A DNA stretch of 58,400 nt, counting the filler, from Sluysia triapertura (taxonomy: Eukaryota): the NCBI GenBank assembly GCA_046118255.1. It is 4 parts of 4 records of this genome, joined end to end, with 100 filler letters (N's around TTAATTAATTAA, not from the genome) between each part and the next. Parts side by side here need not be neighbours in the genome. Positions count along the whole stretch, not along the records: positions 1 to 23,393 come from JBJNIA010205148.1; positions 23,494 to 35,355 come from JBJNIA010162926.1; 2 more parts are not named here. One strand, given 5' to 3'. A program made the translations under genes and the position numbers. Below are positions 14,101-24,224 of this stretch, piece after piece. Under the pieces are notes generated by a model. That model saw only the letters and a list, made by a program, of their open reading frames with translations. It searched no databases and was not told the origin of the DNA. Positions within the stretch are counted from its first letter, which is position 1; each line of letters begins with the position of its first letter.

Positions 14101-14560
14101 GGTTTTGATATGTTTATTAGATGTGATGAGATGAGGAGGTATAAATAAGAAGAGCTTTTAGCATTTCATGCGATTTCTTAAGGAATAACTGCAATCGTTT
14201 AAAAATTCATCAGGTCCTAAATATATATCGTGAAAATATAACTTTACATCTATTACTGGCTGACCATTAGATTTCCTTGTTTCAATAATTTCTTCAACTA
14301 ATACTGTTACTGGTAATTCTATAAGAATATTCATTGATTCATTAATTATTATATTGGTTCTCATTAAAGTTTTGGGTTTCTAGATTCTTTCCATATGGTC
14401 AAATCTTAGCTTTCTTAGGGTACCTTGTTCTTTCGATGGTTTATGTATTAGTAAATTCTTGAATGGAGATGTCAGATTTTAATTTTTTACAATTTCTAGC
14501 ATAATGCCTTTGTTTACCATATCTATGAAATATTACTTCACTCTCAACATTTGTTATTAT
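11146..14560 (-). mobile_element. Degenerate Ty3/gypsy-like LTR retrotransposon (family A, copy 1): NC knuckle, UBL-like domain, decayed protease, RNase H/integrase-like remnants, PPT, 3' LTR
   Basis: Mutated CCHC knuckle FHRYGKQRHYARNC at 14489-14530. Retropepsin-like remnants (DKPHAE..KVKTVID.., IIIGCPF) at about 13100-13380. KFKLWIDNKGL (RNase H-like) at about 12850. A purine tract GGGAGAAG precedes a putative LTR at 11146-11645 with imperfect terminal inverted repeats TGTTGTGTC / GTCACTACA. No RT found. Confidence 0.65.
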
Positions 14561-14669
14561 TGTGCAAGTGTTTGTACTGTCAGTACATACAATCAAATAA
14601 TCTAAAAATAAATAATCAATATAATTGAATAATCAAATAATTTATGTAACATACAATCAAATAATTTAG

Positions 14670-15842
14670 TGTAATCTAAAAATAAATAATCAATATAATT
14701 GTATATATTAAATTTGTAAATAATTATATGTTATATGAAAGATTTTAATTTTAGCGTAAAGATTTTATTATAATTTGGAAATAATTCGGAAATAATATTT
14801 TATAAATAATTTTAATAAATCGGAAAATAATTGAAAATAATTAATCTGGTATTATTATCAACTAAGTTTATTATTTTATTGTTTTAAAATATTGTTTTTA
14901 TAGTTTTGTTTAAAAAATAATAAAGGTCAAGGTAAAATCTTAAAGTATATAAATCTCACTCAAGATTTTGACACATTTTTTAAAATCAAGATTTTGATAC
15001 AGCACATTTTTTAAAAATCATTTAAATTCAACCATTCTTCAAGTGATTCGTATAACAGAAGAAGAAAATCTTTGCTACAAGAGGAGCCAAATCATTATCG
15101 CAGTTGAATAGATTATATATTGTCTACGTTAGTTTTGTTGTTAAGTTTTGACTGTTTTATAAGTTCGTAAATTCTAGTTATTTTATCATTCCCCTTTTTT
15201 AAAAGAAGGTGGAAAAGAGTGTAAATTCGATTATATTATAATCCTATAAAATTATTATTCGTATTGTAACATAATTTACTTTGTATAAATTTTAAATAAT
15301 ATATTTTATTTGAATTAATATATTCTATTTTAATTGACTATTATATTTGATAAATTTTTAAGGTCCCCGATTTTATTCGGTGGAAAACTATTACGATAAA
15401 ATCATTAAAATAAAGAATAAAGTAATTAAGGGACGCCGTTTTTATAGGGACGTAAAATCCACTTAATCTTTGAAATTTATACTTTAAAACATTCACAATA
15501 TAGATTTGTTAAAGAATGTTGAATGTTTACTCCAGATTTACATAAAGATACGTTGAATACAGAAGCTTAAAATTGATTCTACTTTATAAAAGAATTTTAA
15601 AATTGTTGATTTATCCTCTTGTTAAAGTATTAAAGTATTCTATTTAAATTTGATTTTACTTCATCTTAAATTTGTTGAATTATCCTCTTATCGAAGTATT
15701 AAAACATTCCATTCAAATACCTCCATCGTTTCTCTTAATATTGCACATAATTTTAGCCCTTAAGTGTAAAAGTCTAAGATTATATGGGACTCACGTTAAG
15801 AATTAAGAAACCAAGAATCTTTTCACTTTTCACTTATTAACA
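14670..15842 (+). repeat. 5' LTR of family A copy 2
   Basis: TGT...ACA termini, TATATAAA near 14946, ends 2 nt before a PBS and precedes gag. The left boundary is uncertain because of a local duplication at 14585-14700. Confidence 0.6.
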
Positions 15843-15844
15843 AC

Positions 15845-15862
15845 TGGTGCCCAGAGTGAGGA
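15845..15862 (+). promoter_or_regulatory. Primer binding site, probably for elongator tRNA-Met
   Basis: TGGTGCCCAGAGTGAGGA follows the LTR end. Its reverse complement CCTCACTCTGGGCACCA resembles animal elongator tRNA-Met 3' ends (compared from memory). Confidence 0.7.
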
Positions 15863-16047
15863 GCAACCAGTATTAAGAAGAAAATAAATTAAATTTAAGG
15901 AGTAACGAGTATTAAGGAAGAAATAAGATAAACTTTGATAAGTATAAGTGCAAATTCTAAATTTATTGATGAAGACTTTAAGTAAAATTTAAAATAGATA
16001 AGCAATTAGTACTAGCAGAAGACTATAGATCAAAATTAAGAAACTAT

Positions 16048-19000
16048 ATGGCATTACCTAATGATTTTAAGGAATACATGGCTCAATTAGCCAAAGAAAT
16101 GCGCCCCATTATGGCATTACCAGAAATGAAAAAATTTGACGGAGCAGAGGAAGATCTCTGCGACTTCTTATTCGAATATGAAAGCATTGCAGAAGCAAAC
16201 GGCTGGAATGAAGCCGAAAAGATAAAACGAATCCAAAATTATTTAACTGGAGTGGCGATCCAGACCTATAAGGAAATAAGTAATAATAATAAACAGACTT
16301 GGAATGAATTTGTTAACACCTTCGCAGAAGAAATAACACTTGATGACATGGATAAATATTACACTAAAATGTTAAACAGTAGAAAGTAAAAAAATTGCTT
16401 TGTATATGAATATGCTTGTGCTCTTAAAAGCCTTGTCACAAGAGCTAAAATCCCTTAAGATAAAAAAGAAATAGCATTAATAGATAAACTATAAACTGGG
16501 TTACGACCAGAATTAATAATATATGTTACCTTACTAGAAAGAAAACCTTTTAAATAAGTAATTATGAAATTAAGAAATATAGAACGTTCCTATAAGTATA
16601 AAAAGAATAAGAATAATATTGATTATATAAGTAACAATGAAAACAAATGAGAGAAAAGTCCTAAATTAAGAAGAAATAATTATGATGATAATAAATTTAA
16701 TTCTTTGAATTATGAAGGATATAATGACAGTAACTATAATAGCCAACGTAGAGACAATGATAATGCGAATAATTATAGAAATCATTATAGAGGTAATTCA
16801 AGCCATTATAGAAGCAACTCAAATAATTACAGAAGTAATTCAAGCAATTACAGGGGTAACTCAAATAATTATTCTAGAGGAAATAATAATAGAGATATAG
16901 GATTCCAAAGTAATAGAACAAGTATTTATGGTGCATCTAATTATGAACAAAGACCAGCACCAAGATGGTCACCAAGTTCTAATTTTAATAGGAATAGGAG
17001 TAAGAGTCCAATAAGATACAAAAATAATAATAAAACTCAAACTAATATTGATGGAGAAATAATCTGTGACACTGTAATAAAAAAGGACATTACGAAAGAG
17101 ATTGTAGTAAATTAAGACAAAATGTATTTACTCAAGATTTTACTAAGGTAAGGGGACAATATCAACAAAGATACCAAAGCCCTAATAGAAAGGTAAGGTT
17201 TAGTGATAATGATAAGAATGATAAGGGACAGGTAAATTGTAACTATAGATGTCAAAAAAATTATGGAAATAACAAAAACGAATACGAAGATGAAGATGAA
17301 TATCAACATCGAGAAGAAAGAAATAGAAGTAAAAGACAACATAGGTGAAGAGAAATTAGTAGCGATGAAGATGATAAATATCTTAAGTTAATTACCGATG
17401 AGGAAAAAAATCAATGTTACGAGAATTCTATATAACCGGATTAGATTGTGATAAAAATAGATTTTAAAATAAACAAGAAGAATAAATCTTTATGAGTTAC
17501 ATGCATGATAGGTATTTGGAATTTCAGAAGGATAAACAGAGAATGGAACAAAGATAAAAAGAAGAAAAGTTTAACAATTCAACCCATTCAGGTTAGGATT
17601 CGAGAATTATTAGGTCAACCTTTGGAAGAAAGTATTGAACAAATAAAAGAGATAAAAGAACTGATATCAAATGAAGATAAAAGAAAAAGAATTTAATAAA
17701 TAATTGATAAATGAGAAGGAAAGACAAAGAAATCTGAATAAGTTAGTTGACAAAGAAATAGATTCTGAATCAAAAGAAAGTAATGACGAAATAAAAGAAG
17801 AATCAAATACAGATTCAAGTTCAACAGAAGAAGAATCAAATCAAAAAAAAATTAATTAAATAACTTAGAATTAAGTGATGATCAAGAAGTAGAAACAGAT
17901 ATAGAAAATATTATTAATAATAAAGAAAGTGATGATGAAGCAGAAGAAATGGAAATATATAAAGAAGATGCGTATTACAGTGCCACAGAAGAAATGGAAT
18001 CAATAATAATATCTGCTAATGAAAAGATAGATACCCAAGAAATAAGAATTAAAGAAACTAATCAAAAGGTTGAGGAATTTTTATCAAATATGACTAATGG
18101 CAAAGATTTAAATGAAAATTTAAATGACTTATTGAATTCAGAATTAAGTATATATTATATTAAGTAGACATTATATTAAATTAATATTACCTGTTCTAAG
18201 TAAGGAAGATAGTTTATACAAGACGAAAGCAAGAAAATTATTAAGAAAAATAGGACAAAATGAAAAGGTAACTCTAAATAATTAATGAAAATATGTATAA
18301 TTATTAACAATGCCCTGAATATTACCATGGAACTTCCAGTAACTTCAATTGCGAAAGATATTATAGAATTACTTAAGTCAAATGACTCCACTATAACTGA
18401 TGTTGATTTATATTTTTTAAGATAGAAAATTATAACCTAATGATTATATAAATGATTACAGTTATCCATCGATGAATGGAAACCATGAGGAAGCATCAAT
18501 GACTTCCGTAGTTATAATGGCATATACGATACCTTCAGATGACTTAAGAAAATTAGATGAATTAATAAATGATGATAATAATGTTGATTTAGATAGAACC
18601 CAGATAGATCTGCTCAAGAATATCAATGATCATTATAATTATTGAAAAGTTATCAATTATTACTTTGGTGGTGGTTTTTATTATTTTTATCATAAAAAAG
18701 TTGTAAAAATTTGTTGTAAGTTTGATCATCCTACAGTAGTAAGACACATAAAAGATTTTAATTTAAATTTATTTACAACCAAGCTGATATTAAGTAATAT
18801 CACGACTCAGAAAATTTATCACTGAAATCAATCATTACAAAGTTTAATACTGCGTGCGATATTAAGTTATGAGTATTAACAGATATTAAGGCGTTCAAAC
18901 TCATCACGTCGACATAAAAGTTTGTGCAGTTGCCATTTTAAACTAAAACATATTTAAAAAAATCTCATTAACTTTACTTTAACTTTATTTTAAATCGAGT

Positions 19001-19200
19001 TTCTGTGAAATAATACTGAATGTGGTCTCACATTCTTACCTATTTGGCGGATCAGTTTCATGCTATTATGCGAGAATCATAATCAATCTTTTTATTCATA
19101 TCTGTAACACGTATTCTTTTTATGTTGTTGCATTTATCATGTTAAATATGAATTGCAAACTTTTATTTCTTTCTGTAAAACTCTATTTGTAACAAAATAT
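16048..19200 (+). mobile_element. gag: Family A copy 2 internal region: disrupted gag, acidic spacer, UBL-like domain; pol not seen
   Basis: Capsid-like KKFDGAEEDLCDFLFEYESIAEANGWNEAEKI...YLTGVA, an N/S/R/Y-rich linker, and a CCHC knuckle C.HCNKKGHYERDC at 17065-17105 with a 1-nt deletion. The sequence after the knuckle and at 18285-18470 is homologous to copy 1. Many stops; right boundary approximate. Confidence 0.8.
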
Positions 19201-19523
19201 AATGACGGTCTTAAACATAACTACATGTTGGAACAACGCTTAGACGTGGATATGACGATAACGATGATAATTTCTACATTGATCGATAAAAAATATAGAT
19301 GTAAGTTTTCTTCGTTTTATAAATGCAGGTGAAATAAATTTTTGTAAGTTTAAATTGTGTTATAAATTAGAAAAGTGGCTAAAGTATAATGAGTCTTTGA
19401 GTACCTATCATGAACTAACAAGCAAAATAAACATTAAAGTAATGAATCATTTAATTGACAATTCGATCTTTGAATCAAATCGAAATAACATAAGGCTTTG
19501 CTTAAAAGTTAATAGATACATTC

Positions 19524-20432
19524 TGTAAATATTTAAAATCATGTAAAACAGTATTAAAATTGTGTAAAACTATAAATATTTGAAAACTGTAAATAATTGA
19601 ATTATTTAAAACTTTAGAAAATATTTTTATATTGTAGTTTAAAAGAATTTAATAAAATTGTAAACTAAGAATATAAACTAATTAATTTAATTGATTTTGG
19701 AATTTGAAACTTAAAATATTAGAATATTTAAATTATTCAATGATTTTGGACCTTATTTCGGAAATAAAAACTAATTATTTATCAAAATTTTTGAATTATT
19801 CTTAAAGTTGAACAATAAATATTTAAAGTATATTGACATTTTTGAATAATTATAAATCATTTGTATTATCGTCAATTTGCATATAAATAGACGCGATTTC
19901 TTCATAAGACATGCACATAAAATAACGTTATAAAATTTTAACAATTACCTTGAAGATTATTTTGCGGATAAAGACTACTAGTATCAACAGTGAAACCTTT
20001 CATAGTTTTTTGTGGAGAAAACTACTAATATCGTCAATTTTCTGGAGTCATAGTGGACTACATCTCTATTTGGATATTCGTATTATATGAATAAGTAGGA
20101 TATTTATTTTTAAATATTTGCATTAATATTTTGCCTCAAAATCATTACATTTTCGAAACTCAAGCATTCGACTGAGTTAAAATTTGCTTTAAATTTTACG
20201 AATTATTAATTTTATATATTTACTTTTAATATAAGTGTGTTATACATATATATTCAATTCGTATCAAACCATTTTTATTTATAATAATTACTTCATTTTG
20301 TTACATTATTTTTATTAAAAGAATAAATAAGAATTAAAGAATAATTTTTCAAACGAAATTCTAATTTAAAATCTGTAGAAACATAAAGTACTAAATCAAA
20401 AAGTAATTATTAAAGATATTTTACTTTTGTTA
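19524..20432 (+). repeat. Possible solo LTR (not matching the LTR at 14670)
   Basis: Starts TGTAAA, has a TATA-like ATATAAATA at about 19881 and LTR-like composition. No target-site duplication confirmed. Confidence 0.3.
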
Positions 20433-22351
20433 CGAAAGATTTTATTAAAAGAGAGAATTAAATAAAGTATTTCTCGAACGTTGTAAGACAATAAAACGAT
20501 AAGTCTGGTTAAATTTAAAGAGTCAATTAAGCAATTATTAAGATTTCAAGTGATTAATCGTTGGTAGAATTAATTCATTATTCCGAAAAAGTTAAGACTC
20601 TCATTGCGGCAAGGTTTAAGGAAACTTTTCGTAGTTTTTGACATCCTGTGAATACGTCTTTTACGTAATATAAATCGTATATCGCAGGCGGACCCAAAAA
20701 AATTTAGTAATATCATAATTGTTTCATACTTAGAAAAAGTTGAAAAATTCCATGTTCTTATGATATACATCTAGAAACATCAGTCTTGTACAAGCAAGTT
20801 TTGTATTCCTTTCTAGAAACACAAGTAATAAATTAATACGTTCTCTACATTTGCTATGATTTTCGAAGGCAACAGGTTTCAAGCTTGCCTTTCTGTATCT
20901 CTGATTATAACAGTCGTAGGCTTATTAAATGTATAAAATAGAAGTATATATCATCCAGCCAAATAAATGCACCTTGTTAAAGATATTAAAGACTCTTTTG
21001 AAAGAGAACTGGCAGGTTCCACAAGCTATTTAACAGAACAAGTAAGAGAAGCAGGGAACTAACACACGTAGCGATGAATTCTCATAATTATATGATTTTC
21101 AAGATTGGATTTACTTTTCCTCATAATAATGATGTTTCATTTGGTAATTCGAGTCCATATGGACTACCTTAATCAATACAAATAGACAAATACAAATAGC
21201 TTACTGTGTATAGATTCCAGTTTTAAATAGTGTAAAATATTTAACTGTGGTAGCCAACTCATTAATCCTTATAAACTTTATAAAAAAATTCTATTCCAAA
21301 CATATATTAAAATCACATAAACTTTCACTTTTCAAAATACTTTAAGTCTACAATGTCATAACATATAATACTATCAATTTACATTAAACAATTCATCAAA
21401 AATATTTATTTGATACCTCATAACATCCAAACCACAATAACATCTTAAACCATTAAATTAAATTAAAAATGCATTCAAAATATTTTATCTTGCATTCTTT
21501 TATCTGCAACAATTCAATCACAGTTACACTCGAAATTAATCAACAAATATCTTCCAATCAATCCAAACATTCTAAATTCCCGACATTCAACTTTCAGATA
21601 TCTTAAAATAATTTCATTATAAGCATTTTAGGTAATTAAAGTTAAATATGTTAAGAAAAAGAAAACAAATACAGAAAGATTCTGTTTCATAAAGAACAAG
21701 AACTTTATGCATTTATTATTATTAATAATAATAATAATTACAATATTTGTTATTATTATTCTCAACATGTTAATTTTAATTAATTCCAATTTTACTCAAT
21801 TTCGAACAATCAACAGTGTAGCTGCCATCATTAACAATGACATTTCGGTTTACATGTATAATTCAATACCATTGTTAATAATGGTTCCCAGTACTGTTGA
21901 TTCAAACAGCAGTAATTCAATTAATCAATTCAATAAAGTAAACTAACTACTCGTATTGGCTATCCAATCAGATCAATTAACACTCTGTCTGCTTATAGAC
22001 CATTCTGGTTGGATAACCAATCATGGGTAGTATGAACATCAAAAGATTTTTATACACAAAATATGTTCACAATTATTTGTTAGCAAAGCAAAATTCTTTT
22101 CAGCAATTTTTCAAGATTTCAATTTATCATAAATTGTTCAATTCATTTCAATTATTTTAATTTATGTCAATTTATTTTATCTGTGTACAAAATATTTTTT
22201 AAATTATATTTAATAACAATAAATTGCAACTTGGACAATCAATAAAACAGTTACCTTTTTATCAAAAACGCTGAATAGGCAGAATTTGTTTATAAAACAG
22301 TTAATAAAGACTAACCAAGAGTGGTAAAAATATAATAATGTCTTCGGCTAA

Positions 22352-22545
22352 ATTCGAAGAATATAAAGATATCATTAACCACGTTAAGAAATATAAAGAT
22401 GATGATTATAATGTCAAAGAATATATAGATGTCATTAACCATGTTAAGCAATATAAAGATGGTGATTACAATGTCGAAGAATATAAAGACGCAACATCAA
22501 TGTTAATCACTACAAAGATGATGATTATAAAGTCAAACGTAATAA
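22352..22545 (+). repeat. 30-bp minisatellite with 60-bp dimer structure, in frame
   Basis: Translates as YKDIINHVKK / YKDDDYNVKE / YIDVINHVKQ / YKDGDYNVEE / YKD... Confidence 0.75.
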
Positions 22546-23393
22546 TTCTCATCACCACGAAATAATTTCCAGTAGACAATAACATTACATAACCAAAGTT
22601 ATCGCCTTTTGCCCATACTCCGCAGATGATCATGGAGTTTGCATGAAGAATGGATTTAAATGTCGATACACACATACGACCAGCGAATCAGAAATTAACG
22701 AGCTGCTCGTGAAGAGATATACCGATTCTCAAAAGGTTGCCAATGAAAGTTCATAAAGTAATGATTACTTTTTATGACAATAATAATAATTTTATTTGTG
22801 ATTATTTATTAGATAGTGAAACACGGACTCAAGTAGACCATATAAGTAGAATATAATTTCCAAATATTAAATTTTAGTTGTAGATATTTTAAATAAAACT
22901 TTGTATTTCTATATTTGTTCATTCATTAGTTATAAGTCAGAATTTTCATTTAATTTAACTTTAATCTTAATAAAAGTTAAAGTACAATTTGAAATCCTTG
23001 AATATTTAACTAGATTCTTTAAAATAATTCAATTAATTTTAATAAGAAAATCAATTTTATTATCTATTCAAATCTACTCTTTGCACTAACAAAACAGCAA
23101 AAACATTCAGTTATCATTTGTTACGTAATTATTTCCTACAAAAGTGACAGAATTGTTCATTTGTTGTTTCGAAATCAAAGGAATTAAAACAATTCTTTAA
23201 TTCCTTTTCATAAATTGTCACAACCACCAGCATCTTCATCGCAGCCTTTTAAACACAAAAAACACTGTTGCTAACGGCATCAAAAATAAGAATATCTACC
23301 AGAGCTCTCCAGGTACCGCCTATAAGAACTCAAATAAATTGTGCAAATCAGTAATAAAAATAAATGATCAAAGAAAATTAAGTTTACTAAATT

Positions 23394-23493
23394 NNNNNNN
23401 NNNNNNNNNNNNNNNNNNNNNNNNNNNNNNNNNNNNNTTAATTAATTAANNNNNNNNNNNNNNNNNNNNNNNNNNNNNNNNNNNNNNNNNNNN
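23394..23493. other. Artificial contig spacer (six-frame stop linker)
   Basis: 44 N + TTAATTAATTAA + 44 N, identical in three places. Confidence 0.97.
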
Positions 23494-24218
23494 GTTACCT
23501 TATTTAACATTCTGTAATCGCCGCATATCCGGATGTTACCGTCTTTTTTCTTAACGATTTGCAGAGGTGCAGCCCAAGGAGATGAAGATCGTCGCACGAT
23601 TCCTTGTTTTTCCATATCAAGGAATTCCAACTCTGCTTGTGCACGGATTTTCTGTGACAATTCTCTCATGCGTTGTCTGCAAGGTGGGGTTGGGAGAGTT
23701 TTGATAAAGTGCTCTGAGCTAGGCACATACTTCGAATTAAATTGCTGTCGAAGTAATTCGAGATAGGCCTGCTTCACATAAGAAATGACATTTGTTTCAT
23801 TGAGACTCTGTAGGTCAATTTTTATGTGGGACAGTTGTCCAGAGCTTTTGCCTAATGTTTTGGTTCTGCAGTCCACGAGCAGTTTATAATGACTGAGAAA
23901 ATCTGCTCCTAAGATTGGCTGTTGAACTGCAGCTATTGAAAAATTCCATGTGAATACTTCAGCGAACTGGGGTATTGTGAATTTGAGTTGTAGAGAGCCG
24001 AAGCAAGCCACGGTTGTTCCGTTGGTCGCTGTTAGATATGATGGGGTCTGTGTTGTATTTTTAATTATACTATTTGGGATAACTGATACAGCAGCCCCAG
24101 TATCAATTAGAAAGTCCAGTTTTGGGTATTGAGTACCAACGAACGTTAACGGCACTGAGAATATACTATTGATCGCCAGTTGTGTAGGTCGGGCCGCAAC
24201 GACCATTGGCATATTCAG
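23494..24218 (-). CDS. pol: Ty3/gypsy pol, 5' part: aspartic protease and start of reverse transcriptase, cut by the contig end
   Basis: FLIDTGAAVSVIP and ILGADFL retropepsin motifs; SSPWAAPLQIVKKKDGNIRICGDYRMLN is the N-terminal RT motif block. Frame is open. Confidence 0.95.
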
Positions 24219-24224
24219 TTTTTT
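24215..24224 (-). promoter_or_regulatory. -1 ribosomal frameshift slippery site A_AAA_AAC followed by the gag stop
   Basis: TCA AAA AAC TGA in the gag frame; the -1 frame reads AAA AAA CTG AAT ATG CCA straight into the pol ORF. Confidence 0.8.

Noticed and set aside
19524-20432. 3' LTR partner of the element starting at 14670
   Set aside because: No alignable similarity to 14670-15842 and no PPT in front of it.
20560-21170. Possible receptor or transposase pseudogene
   Set aside because: Coding-like composition, but no convincing motif in any frame.
22390-22410. FLAG-tag-like YKDDD sequence suggesting vector contamination
   Set aside because: It is part of a diverged natural 30-bp minisatellite and is not DYKDDDDK.
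23394-23493. TTAATTAATTAA palindrome within N runs, occurring three times
   Set aside because: Artificial six-frame-stop linker. It also means the co-occurrence of the UBL elements, Mx-like gene and GluCl is not a gene cluster.
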